IMG/VR virus record: IMGVR_UViG_3300044957_000215 | Coordinates: 1 to 24,567 of that record | From: a virus | Taxonomy: Duplodnaviria > Caudoviricetes | Direction: 5' to 3' (one strand) | Length of the DNA: 24,567 bases | Shown: in pieces, positions 1 through 8,726 of the stretch | How positions within the stretch are numbered: position 1 is the stretch's first letter | Layout of the letters: every line of letters starts with the position of its first letter | Notes under the pieces: generated by a model | Database searches by the model: none | Told to the model about the DNA's origin: nothing | The model's input: the letters and a program-made list of their open reading frames with translations, nothing else | Made by a program: the position numbers and the translations under genes

Positions 1-1
1 G

Positions 2-127
2 GATCACGCCCGCGCCATCGCCGCAAATCATGCCCGCTACGCCGCAGCACAGAAAGCCGACCCCGAAGGCACCCGCTACGCCCCACCCAAGACACCAGTT
101 CCCCCGCCGCTCCCACCGCTGCCTTGA
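2..127 (+). CDS. possible 3' end of a convergent gene running in from the left edge (...DHARAIAANHARYAAAQKADPEGTRYAPPKTPVPPPLPPLP*)
   Basis: Frame is open from base 2 to TGA at 125-127 with protein-like composition, and it ends 41 bp from the stop of the large minus-strand gene. Not in the ORF track because it has no start codon. Confidence 0.35.
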   Translation, partial: DHARAIAANHARYAAAQKADPEGTRYAPPKTPVPPPLPPLP

Positions 128-168
128 ACCTTTCCCGGCGAGGATTGTGCCTCAAGGACTCCCGCCCT

Positions 169-3100
169 TCACTGGCTTTTTTCCTTTTCCGCAATCCAGA
201 TTTGCTCTGGGTGAAAAACCGCGAAGGAGTCAGCGCCTCCGCCCTCTGAATGATTGCGATAGACGAAGCCATCGTAACCGTAAGACTCCAGCTCTTCGAT
301 TAGACTGACCGATCCGGCGAGAATTGATTGGCGGGGAATCGCAATCCCTCTTTCCTCGATAGCGTCTAGAAGGTCGTAACTCTCTATAAAGAATCCAGGG
401 TCAGAAATTCTAAGCGGATTCTTCATTTGGAGATACGCCTTAATCAGAAACCCGCCCTCTCTTGGGACTTCATTTGCCGCGCGAAGCGTTCCGAAGTGGA
501 AGCCTAATTCCTGCATTCTATGGCGGCCTGTATCGCTCCCAAACGCTTCAAAATCATGCGCGGTTTTGTGATAGACAAGGCGCGGCTTCCCATTGGGTGT
601 GATTATTTTAGACCCTTCAAACCACTGTTTGAACTCCGGGGTAAACTTTTTCGCGGATTCGAGGGCGTAGGCGCGGGGGTGTGAGCGGTTGTTGACGTTG
701 TTCATGGCCAGTGTGCCCCGTTGAGGTTTCTCTTGGGGGGACCGCAGCATTGTCCCCGCCTTGGCCCGCTCGTCAAGATCAACATGCCGCGCATTCACCT
801 CATCCGGCATGAAATTTATGTTGCCCTTCCCCGAGTCAAACCGACGCGAAAGCGGAATCAGCTTTCCGTTGTCCGCGCGATCCGCCGCGTGAAATGCTTT
901 TTCGTTGACAACCGCACCGCTTTGCCCTTCGCTTGCACCTGTCAGCGCACTTCCGTTCCCTGTCTGCTCGTCAGACACATTGGATTTATCCGCTGTGGCC
1001 TCCGGGCCAGTCTTGATTCCAGCAACCCCGAGGCTAGAAATGGTCTCGGGGTTTGCCTTAAAAAGACGGACCGCTGGATGCGCCGCGATTTCCCGTTCGA
1101 TGACTTCTACCTTCCGCTTGGAAGCATGAACCTTTTTCCCACGGGCAATAAGGTTGTTTGCAAATTGCAGTGTCTCATTCCACCACACCATTCGGTTTTC
1201 AAAATCCTTCAGGACTCCTTCACGAAACCCAATCTCTCCATTCTGAATCTGCTTGCGTAACGGATAATCTATTGCGTCAAGATTTGATGAATCGTTTTTG
1301 TGTTCTGCCGCAGTGGACCATGTTCCAAGTTTTCCAGACTCAATCAACTGCTGGCGCATGTCTTGCAATGCCCATAACGCTTGCCGACGCGCCGCAGCCT
1401 TGTGCGACGGCCGTTTCAACGCCTTTTCCAGTGAAAGCCAAAACTTCGGCTGCAAAAGCAGTTGTTCTGGCGCATGAAACTCAACACGCCCGCGCCTTCC
1501 CACATGATGATATTCAAGAAAGATGTTACCGGCGTCCACGTTAGCCCTACGAGCAGCTTTCTGAGTCACCGCGCCCGCGGGAATACCCAGGGTTTCAGCA
1601 ATCCAACCGGGAAAGTCCGGATCCATGATCTTCCCCTCATCAATCGCATACGCGGCATTGTTACTCATGCCCCGCTTTCTATTCCACCCCCCGCCCTGCC
1701 GCTCTCCCCATGTGAGGTAATCGGTTGACAAATCAGGTTCCCAACTTCTTGCTATGTCCTTTATGGCCTCAATAACTGATGTCGATGCCGGAATGAACTT
1801 ACGTTTGTTATCCCCCGACTTCGCAGCGGTCCGCGCATTCACCTCCTCCGGCATGAAATTTATGTTGCCCTTCCCCGCATCCACCATCAGATTCGCATTC
1901 GCCTTATTGTAGTCAAACGCCATCCCCGCATTCCCCGGCCTGGCGATTTCCAGACGATCCAGCCTTAGCGTCTTCACCGCACTCTTCGCAGGCGAGCCAC
2001 CCACCACCGCCGCCAGCGGATTCGCCCGCCGGTTCTCATTCGTCCCGATGCCCAGCAACTCATTTATCACATTCCGCTGCGTTACCCCGATACCCGTCTC
2101 CCCCGGCAGTCCGTCCCTATGATTCTGCAAGTATTGTTTGAACGCCCGATCCAGCACCGCCATGTCATTACCAAACTCCGCCAACTCCCCCCGATTCATC
2201 CGCTTCACCGCATTCCGGCGGAACTGCTCCACATCCACCACATGCACAAGAATGTTATCCTTCTTCGTGATCGACCTCCAGAAAGGCATCACCTCCATCA
2301 CCTCCGCCCGCACATTACCCAAATCCTTCACCCGATAGCCCCGCGCAGTCTTAGACCCAATCTTGTGATACACCACCCGCACAGAGGCACCACCCCGCTG
2401 CCCCGCAGCCAGCTCCGCCTCCACCGCCTTCATCCCCGGGCCAATGTTAGGCTGCTGCTGAAATCTCACCGGCAACTCCGCACCCCCCACACGCGACGAG
2501 CCATCCGGCGCACGATGCACACCCCACTCACCCGGAGCATTTGCAGGCTTGGCCGTCTTCCGCATGTTTTCAAACGTCTTCCGCCTACTCTCAAACTCCG
2601 CATCAATCTCCCGCTGATCCTTCACACTCACGCGGCCATCCACCTCCCGCATGAACTGATTTTCCCGCACCCCCGGCTGCACCTCATGCAACTGCACAAA
2701 CCTCCCAGGCCGCGGAACACCATCCACAAAAATCTTAGCCCCCTCCGCCTTCGCATCCGCCCCACCGATCCACCGTGCATAGCCCCGCACGTAATCATTC
2801 AGCCGCCGCTCCAGCACCGACCCCTTCCACTCCGTCCGCAGCTTGCCAAATACCGGCGACTCCACCATTACCCGCCCCGTAGAAGGGTCCACCGGCACAC
2901 CCAGCCCCGCAAGCGACCGCCCCAATCCCCGCAGCATCTGCGGCCTGCCCCGAGCACCCCAAAAATCAATCCCACGCCGCGACCCCGCAAACGTCTCCGC
3001 CCACAGCTCATCCCTTACCCAATCCCCCGGCATCCGCCCATTCGCCACATCCTCACCATCCAGCCGCGCCGCCGCACGCGCCACATCCACCGACGCATCC

Positions 3101-5076
3101 GACCCCGCCAGCTTCGCAGCATACCGCACCCGCGCCGCAGCCAACTCCGCAGGCTTGAACGACTCATCCACCCAATTCCGTATATCCTCACGTATCGCTC
3201 CATCCAGCACATCGCTATTCTGGAGAGCGTGCGCATACTCATGCGCAAAGACATGCGGCCCTTCACCCCGCAGCCGGTCCATATTTACCAGCACCTCACC
3301 AGCCTGCACACCACCCGGATTTGAGATATACACCGCCCGCCCCGTATCCGGCAGCCCCGCCGACACCATCGCATTTTGAAAATCCTCCCCAGCCAACGGC
3401 GACAACTTCACATTACGCCCAAACACCCCCTGCATCGCCGCAATGCTCGCCAGGTCATCATGCCCCATCCCATTGAAAAGCTGATAATTGCCCCCATCCG
3501 CCGCCACCTCCGCATACATCCGCGCGATGTCCCCATTCTGCATCTCCCGCCGCGCCGCACCCGACAACTTATTAGCCACACGACCCATCACGCCAAAAAG
3601 CGCACCCGCCGCCAACGCACCCCCCTGCTCCTCATCCGTCTGCGCCAGCGACATAGCCACGCCAAGGAACGCACCATCCACCGCCGACCCCGCCATGCCC
3701 GCCGCACCCTCCAGCAGCCGCGGCACACCACTCGCATCCATCGTCGCAGCCAGCCGCCGCGTCATCACCGGCAGGTTCTTATCCACCGCCGCACGCCGCA
3801 GCGGAGAATCCACCGGCCTCCCGCCAAGCATCGCATCCCGATACGCCCGCGGAATCGTCACATCCCCCGCCAACTCCCGCGCCGTCTCCCGCACACCCAT
3901 CCCCGTAGCACTCAGCGACTCCCCCGCACCACGCCGCACCGCGCCACCCGCATTTTGTAAAATCCTCGCCACCCACTTCGTAGACGACATACCAGCCGGA
4001 AGCCCCAGCAACGCCGACGCAGCCAGCGCCGCATCATTATCATTCGTCAATCCAAACCCCGCCACACCCGTCGCAGCCATCCCACCCAGCCACTTTGCCG
4101 TAGTCCCCATCTCCGGAGTCAATCCCGCCGCAGCCAACCGCCGCTGCACCGCACCCTCCGCCGCGCCAATCCCCGCAGCCACCGCACCCGCAGGCACCTC
4201 CACCGCAGTCCCCGCCGCACCAGCCAACCTCCGCGAGATTTGCCCCGTCACCGAGCCACCCCGCAAACCTCCACCGAACGGCAGCACATTCGCAGGATCA
4301 AGCGCCATCCCGCCAACCATCTCCACACCCGGCAGCTTCGTGCCACCCGCAATCTCCTCACGCATCTGCTGCACACCCTTGCGCAGAATGTATTTATTGT
4401 ATCGGTCCTCAAATCGCGCCTCCACCGGACTCTCCACATCCCGCTTACTTAACTGCACAAAACCCCCCTCATTCGCTAAATCCACCCCCTGCACCGCCGC
4501 CGACCTCACAATGTTCGCAATCGCACCCGGCAGATTCGTCAGCGTATTCACCCCACGATCCACCGCACCCGACCCACTACGCCCCAGCACACGCGCCACC
4601 GCATCCACCGCCAGCTCCGGCACAGAAGGCAACTCCCGCCCCAGGTCACTCGCCGTCTGCACCAGCCCGCCAAGAAACTTCATTCCACCCACCCAGCGCC
4701 GCCGCAGCTTCACCCCCACCGGCAGCCGCTCCATAAACTTCTCACGCGCCGAAAACTCCTCCCGAGTCAGCACCCGCTGCGCATCCGCATCATACTCATC
4801 CAACGCCGCAGCCACAGCCCCCACGTCCGCATCCTCCCCCACACCACGCAAAAAGCCCCCCACATCATCAATCGGCGCATCCAGAAAATTCTCCACCTCA
4901 GCCTGCGCCACAGTCGGCCCGCGCATCTCCGGCGCACGCTCCGCCATCCCAGCCGCCACCAGACGATCACGGAACTTCGTCCCCTCCGCCACATCCGGCG
5001 CATCCAGATACTCCGCCGCAGTCATCCCGGCAGGGCTTGCCTCATCCTCCGCATCCAGGTATTCCGCAGCCGTCAC
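169..5076 (-). CDS. giant putative ejection / polyvalent protein (1635 aa) with a zincin-like HExxH motif and a C-terminal ADP-ribosyltransferase-like (ART-PolyVal) domain
   Basis: Last and largest gene of a podovirus-type virion module. Ala/Gly-rich hydrophobic N-half and VFAHEYAHAL motif with downstream ELWAE. The C-terminus FKQWFEGSKI..GKPRLVYHKT..GFHFGT..YLQMKNPL..GYDGFVY..FAVFHPEQI matches the ART-PolyVal pattern. GTG start overlaps the upstream stop (GTGA). Confidence 0.8.
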   Translation of the reverse strand: MTAAEYLDAEDEASPAGMTAAEYLDAPDVAEGTKFRDRLVAAGMAERAPEMRGPTVAQAEVENFLDAPIDDVGGFLRGVGEDADVGAVAAALDEYDADAQRVLTREEFSAREKFMERLPVGVKLRRRWVGGMKFLGGLVQTASDLGRELPSVPELAVDAVARVLGRSGSGAVDRGVNTLTNLPGAIANIVRSAAVQGVDLANEGGFVQLSKRDVESPVEARFEDRYNKYILRKGVQQMREEIAGGTKLPGVEMVGGMALDPANVLPFGGGLRGGSVTGQISRRLAGAAGTAVEVPAGAVAAGIGAAEGAVQRRLAAAGLTPEMGTTAKWLGGMAATGVAGFGLTNDNDAALAASALLGLPAGMSSTKWVARILQNAGGAVRRGAGESLSATGMGVRETARELAGDVTIPRAYRDAMLGGRPVDSPLRRAAVDKNLPVMTRRLAATMDASGVPRLLEGAAGMAGSAVDGAFLGVAMSLAQTDEEQGGALAAGALFGVMGRVANKLSGAARREMQNGDIARMYAEVAADGGNYQLFNGMGHDDLASIAAMQGVFGRNVKLSPLAGEDFQNAMVSAGLPDTGRAVYISNPGGVQAGEVLVNMDRLRGEGPHVFAHEYAHALQNSDVLDGAIREDIRNWVDESFKPAELAAARVRYAAKLAGSDASVDVARAAARLDGEDVANGRMPGDWVRDELWAETFAGSRRGIDFWGARGRPQMLRGLGRSLAGLGVPVDPSTGRVMVESPVFGKLRTEWKGSVLERRLNDYVRGYARWIGGADAKAEGAKIFVDGVPRPGRFVQLHEVQPGVRENQFMREVDGRVSVKDQREIDAEFESRRKTFENMRKTAKPANAPGEWGVHRAPDGSSRVGGAELPVRFQQQPNIGPGMKAVEAELAAGQRGGASVRVVYHKIGSKTARGYRVKDLGNVRAEVMEVMPFWRSITKKDNILVHVVDVEQFRRNAVKRMNRGELAEFGNDMAVLDRAFKQYLQNHRDGLPGETGIGVTQRNVINELLGIGTNENRRANPLAAVVGGSPAKSAVKTLRLDRLEIARPGNAGMAFDYNKANANLMVDAGKGNINFMPEEVNARTAAKSGDNKRKFIPASTSVIEAIKDIARSWEPDLSTDYLTWGERQGGGWNRKRGMSNNAAYAIDEGKIMDPDFPGWIAETLGIPAGAVTQKAARRANVDAGNIFLEYHHVGRRGRVEFHAPEQLLLQPKFWLSLEKALKRPSHKAAARRQALWALQDMRQQLIESGKLGTWSTAAEHKNDSSNLDAIDYPLRKQIQNGEIGFREGVLKDFENRMVWWNETLQFANNLIARGKKVHASKRKVEVIEREIAAHPAVRLFKANPETISSLGVAGIKTGPEATADKSNVSDEQTGNGSALTGASEGQSGAVVNEKAFHAADRADNGKLIPLSRRFDSGKGNINFMPDEVNARHVDLDERAKAGTMLRSPQEKPQRGTLAMNNVNNRSHPRAYALESAKKFTPEFKQWFEGSKIITPNGKPRLVYHKTAHDFEAFGSDTGRHRMQELGFHFGTLRAANEVPREGGFLIKAYLQMKNPLRISDPGFFIESYDLLDAIEERGIAIPRQSILAGSVSLIEELESYGYDGFVYRNHSEGGGADSFAVFHPEQIWIAEKEKSQ
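787..833. repeat. 47-bp direct repeat, copy A (encodes GKGNINFMPDEVNAR)
   Basis: ccgcgcattcacctcatccggcatgaaatttatgttgcccttccccg, 46/47 identical to 1831-1877. Confidence 0.95.
1831..1877. repeat. 47-bp direct repeat, copy B (encodes GKGNINFMPEEVNAR)
   Basis: ccgcgcattcacctcctccggcatgaaatttatgttgcccttccccg, offset 1044 bp (348 codons, in frame) from copy A. Confidence 0.95.
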
Positions 5077-6131
5077 CTTACCCCCATTCCGTTGATTACC
5101 CGTATCGCCTCATCCCGCGAAATCCTCCCCGCCTTAAACGCCGCCTTCACCTCCGCAGGCGACTTATAGGCAGGCCCAGCCGCCGCAGAATTTGAACTTG
5201 CAACGCCCGCCGCAGCGCCACCCGGTCCAGCCGTGGAAATACTTTGCTTATTGCCTGGAACTAAGTTCCACGTGGAACTTAGTTGTGGTCGTTCATCCTT
5301 AGCGATAGCAGGCCCATCCACCTGCCGCCCCATTATATTCTCCAGCGTATCGAAATAATCATCCCACACCCCCGCCGGATCAGTAATCTTCGGCTGCATA
5401 TCCATTAGGAATTTCCGCTCCCCCTCCGTCGGATTTGCCCCCAGCTTCCGGATGTTTCCCAGCACCTGCTCACCCACCACCTGATTCAGCTTCCATCGCC
5501 GTTTGTAAGATTCCGGATTCGCCCACGCATCCACCTTCTGCCGTATGTCAGCGCCCGGCCCGACCACGCCGCCACTCTTCACCCAGCCCCGATACTCCTT
5601 CAGCCGGTCCACAAAATCCCGCCGCTCTTGCAGAGAGTTTTGCCGATCCCTCTCCTCCACCGCAGCCTTCTCACGCTCCGCCATGCGCGTTTGCAACTCC
5701 AGTTCCCGCTTCCGCGTCTCCACAGGATCAATCACTTGGTTGCCCACCTTGTAAACCGTCTTCCCATCCGGCAGCGTCACCTCCACCGGCACCGCTTCCG
5801 CACGCGCCTTCCGCGCCTCCCGGTAAATCGCCACCGCATCATCCAGCTTGAGTTGTCCACCCATCGCCATTGCCGCGCGGATCACCTCCTTCCGCTCCTC
5901 CGGCAGCGCATCAAACTCCGCCTGCGACCCAATCCGCATCATCCCGCCACGCATCCACGACTCATCATCATCCGGCATCACCGATTCCCCGTCGCCGATT
6001 GGCACCGTATCATTCGGATCAATCCCCCGCGAAGAATCCGCCACTGGCAGCGGCACCACATTTACCAATGCATTCTGCTGGTCAATCAAATTACCGCCCA
6101 TTTTGCCCCCCCGCGTTTTGCCCACCGGCAT
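5073..6131 (-). CDS. putative internal virion / ejection protein (start may be the ATG at 6101)
   Basis: Lies directly before the giant gene and is coupled to it by a 4-bp overlap. Helical, coiled-coil-like central region. Confidence 0.6.
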   Translation of the reverse strand: MPVGKTRGGKMGGNLIDQQNALVNVVPLPVADSSRGIDPNDTVPIGDGESVMPDDDESWMRGGMMRIGSQAEFDALPEERKEVIRAAMAMGGQLKLDDAVAIYREARKARAEAVPVEVTLPDGKTVYKVGNQVIDPVETRKRELELQTRMAEREKAAVEERDRQNSLQERRDFVDRLKEYRGWVKSGGVVGPGADIRQKVDAWANPESYKRRWKLNQVVGEQVLGNIRKLGANPTEGERKFLMDMQPKITDPAGVWDDYFDTLENIMGRQVDGPAIAKDERPQLSSTWNLVPGNKQSISTAGPGGAAAGVASSNSAAAGPAYKSPAEVKAAFKAGRISRDEAIRVINGMGVR

Positions 6132-6675
6132 TCATCCCGCCATAAATGTTGATCCCCTGCGGCATCTGCACCCCGAACATCTCCGGCCCCTTCTTCTCCG
6201 GCGCACTCCGCTGCCAGTTCCCTGGCGAAGTCTCCACATACGTCTGCCCGCCCACATTCCGCGCAGACGGCGCAAACCCATTTGTGGCATTCGCCACCGC
6301 AAGCTGCGTCTGAAGTCTTAGATAACTGTCAAACATCGGCGCAAGCGACATGAGCGCCCCCGATACCTTATCCTGATTCTTCTCCCCCGCCACCTGCGCC
6401 AGATACTGCGGGTCCACAATCGGCTTCCCCGTGCTCTGCATCGCCGCATCATTCATCCGCGAATACGTATCCAGCATCCCCGCATTCTGCCCGCTCTGCG
6501 CCGACGACTTCCGCCACGCATCCGCCGCTGCCGCAATCCCCCCGGCCACACTATTGCCCGCCGACGAAATCCCCGCCGCCATAGCCTGCGCACCCTTCAG
6601 TTGAAAGTCCGCAACCCCCTCATACCCCCGCGCAATCAGCGACGGCTCAATGTTGTTCAATATCGGTTGATACAT
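6091..6675 (-). CDS. putative internal virion / ejection protein (194 aa)
   Basis: Ala/Gly/Gln-rich amphipathic sequence (AMAAGISSAGNSVAGGIAAAA) and position in the ejection gene block. Confidence 0.55.
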   Translation of the reverse strand: MYQPILNNIEPSLIARGYEGVADFQLKGAQAMAAGISSAGNSVAGGIAAAADAWRKSSAQSGQNAGMLDTYSRMNDAAMQSTGKPIVDPQYLAQVAGEKNQDKVSGALMSLAPMFDSYLRLQTQLAVANATNGFAPSARNVGGQTYVETSPGNWQRSAPEKKGPEMFGVQMPQGINIYGGMNAGGQNAGGQNGR

Positions 6676-6967
6676 ATTTTTCTCCTCCGTTTAACCCAAA
6701 CTTCTCTCTCGCCTCCAGGCACAGCGCACCACCCGGCACAAACCTCCGGCAAGCCTCTGGCCGCACCTCGTAAATCGTGCACGCCACCCGGCACCCCACC
6801 AGCCCACGCAGCCCCACGCACCGATCATTCCGCGAATGCAGCACCGGCACATCCGGACGCACCATCTCCGGCGGAATCCCCGCAGCGTCCGCCCGATCCC
6901 GCCGCAACACAGGCCAGCTCCACCGAAAGCTGCAACAAGCCCCGCACCGCTGGCAATCATACTCCAT
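6647..6967 (-). CDS. YkgJ-family CxxCxxCC cysteine-cluster (Zn or Fe-S binding) protein
   Basis: CQRCGACC, RCVGL and CTIYEVRPEACRRF motifs typical of the family. Confidence 0.85.
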   Translation of the reverse strand: MEYDCQRCGACCSFRWSWPVLRRDRADAAGIPPEMVRPDVPVLHSRNDRCVGLRGLVGCRVACTIYEVRPEACRRFVPGGALCLEAREKFGLNGGEKYVSTDIEQH

Positions 6968-7763
6968 TTCCCTCCACCCTTAATCCGCAATACTCATGCA
7001 CCGGTTCATACACCTGCACACGCCCCGAAAGATTCTCCACATCCAGCCCCGAGAGCGGACACCGCACCACCGGACCCTCCCGCCGGTCAATGCACCTCAT
7101 GCAAGCATGATAGTAATCGCTATTCAGATTCTTATCCGCCAGCGACCGCAGCACCCCATCCGCCAGCTCATAGCGATTCCCGTCCCACGGCACCCCATTC
7201 TCCAAACTGTAAGCCGTCACATCCTCATCCGACCAATCCCGAAGCGGATAGTAAATCCTCGCACACCCCACCGGCTCCAGCACATCCACCCGCAGCGGCA
7301 CATTCCCCGAGCACGGATCAACATCCACGCTTTTATGCCCATGAAATACCACATCCCAAGGAAACTCCACACCCGCCGCCTTTGGCCGCTCCAGCCACTT
7401 CCGCCCGCACACCCAAGGCCCGCACGGATCAAACACCTCCGTACCCCGCGCCACCACCAGCGCCTGCGCACCCACCTGGTAAGCCTCCATCAAATCCATC
7501 CGCCCATTTCCGTGACACACCGCCGACCACGCCGGAGGGAAATCCCATACCGTCAGCCCCCACGCACGCGCAATCCGCTCGTGAAACTCCCACTTCGCAG
7601 GCAACCACGGCACCCGCCACAAGATCACCTCAACATCCGGACGCAACCCCCGCACCAAATGCAGCAAAGCCGTGGAATCCTTCCCACCACTCCACAACAC
7701 CGCAGGCCGCGCCGCACCAGCCAGCGCACCCGCAATCCCCGCCAATGTCTCAGAAATACTCAT
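6957..7763 (-). CDS. PAPS-reductase-family / PP-loop adenine nucleotide alpha-hydrolase protein
   Basis: LWSGGKDSTALL PP-loop, YYPLRDWSDEDV motif, and Cys-rich C-terminus (CMRC..CP..YCGL). Confidence 0.85.
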   Translation of the reverse strand: MSISETLAGIAGALAGAARPAVLWSGGKDSTALLHLVRGLRPDVEVILWRVPWLPAKWEFHERIARAWGLTVWDFPPAWSAVCHGNGRMDLMEAYQVGAQALVVARGTEVFDPCGPWVCGRKWLERPKAAGVEFPWDVVFHGHKSVDVDPCSGNVPLRVDVLEPVGCARIYYPLRDWSDEDVTAYSLENGVPWDGNRYELADGVLRSLADKNLNSDYYHACMRCIDRREGPVVRCPLSGLDVENLSGRVQVYEPVHEYCGLRVEGNGV

Positions 7764-7766
7764 CGC

Positions 7767-8723
7767 TTAGAAAGCTACCGCAATCCCAACACCAGCCAGC
7801 GCACCCGCCGCGCCAATCCCCGCACCCATCATCGAAGAGTTACCCGCCGCACGCGAAGCCCCCGCCTGCATCCGGCCCATCCGGTCCGCCTGAAACGCAT
7901 TCCGCTCATTCAGGTAATCACTCCAGCCCGCATTGAAATTCGTGTTAAACAAATCCTGCCCATACCCCATCACGTTCTGGAACGTATTCCCCGCCATCGA
8001 AGCACTCGCCCCCAGCGCCGCCGTCGGCAGATTGCTCCCAAGCGCCCGCTGATACGGGTCCAACTCCACAAACCCCCGCGCCGCCGACAACCCAAGCTGC
8101 GCCGTATTCGCCCGGTTCCCCGCAGCCTGCCCCAGCAACGACCCCGCCGCACCCAGCCGCGCAATCCGGTTCTGCGCCTCCGCCTGGTTCACCGCACCCG
8201 CAAACGCCCGCCGCTCCGCCAGCCGCGCATTCCCCGCACGATCCCGCGACAAAATCTCCGCCGCCAGAGACGGCCCGCCCATCGCCATCCCACGCGCCGC
8301 ATACCCCGCACGCGCACCCTGCGTAGCCTCCCGCTCCTGCTCCAGACTCATCGACCGCCCCAGCGCCAGCTCCTCCAGAGCCTGCCGCCGCAGCAGCGCC
8401 TCAATCTCCGTCCCCCGCACATCACCCTCTGCCACCGCGCCAAGACCCTCCAGCCGCCCGGATAGCGCATCCATCCCCGCAGCCTGCCCCGCCGCACCAC
8501 GCAGCGCGGCCAAACCTTCCGCCGTGTAGCCATTATTCAACCGCCCAGCCAGCGAATCCGTCGCAGCCAACCCATCCGCCAACATCTGCCGGTAAGACGC
8601 CGCCTGCGCATCCGCCTGCGCCTGCGTATACCTCGATGCCGCCGCCGTCACCGCCGCCATCTCCGCCTTGTAATCCCGCGCCACCGCCGGCTTCTCCACC
8701 GTCATTGTCCTTTTATGGCCCAT
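7767..8723 (-). CDS. putative ejection / DNA-pilot-like virion protein (318 aa)
   Basis: Ala-rich helical protein with a Gly/Ala hydrophobic C-terminus (MMGAGIGAAGALAGVGIAVAF), following the nozzle and fibre genes. Confidence 0.6.
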   Translation of the reverse strand: MGHKRTMTVEKPAVARDYKAEMAAVTAAASRYTQAQADAQAASYRQMLADGLAATDSLAGRLNNGYTAEGLAALRGAAGQAAGMDALSGRLEGLGAVAEGDVRGTEIEALLRRQALEELALGRSMSLEQEREATQGARAGYAARGMAMGGPSLAAEILSRDRAGNARLAERRAFAGAVNQAEAQNRIARLGAAGSLLGQAAGNRANTAQLGLSAARGFVELDPYQRALGSNLPTAALGASASMAGNTFQNVMGYGQDLFNTNFNAGWSDYLNERNAFQADRMGRMQAGASRAAGNSSMMGAGIGAAGALAGVGIAVAF

Positions 8724-8726
8724 AAC

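Noticed and set aside
33-82. cccgctacgcc occurring twice
   Set aside because: An 11-bp match in C-rich, probably coding sequence is not significant.
787-1877. Repeat pair as a DGR template/variable repeat, shufflon, IS target duplication or intein boundary
   Set aside because: No reverse transcriptase, recombinase or transposase is in the window. The repeats are direct with a single mismatch, and there are no intein C/S...HN ends.
6094-6133. NAGGQ-NAGGQ tandem repeat
   Set aside because: It is a very short low-complexity duplication at a gene end with no evident function.
6957-7763. Calling the gene cysH or dndC
   Set aside because: Only family-level motifs are present. Canonical CysH motifs are altered and no other dnd genes are seen.
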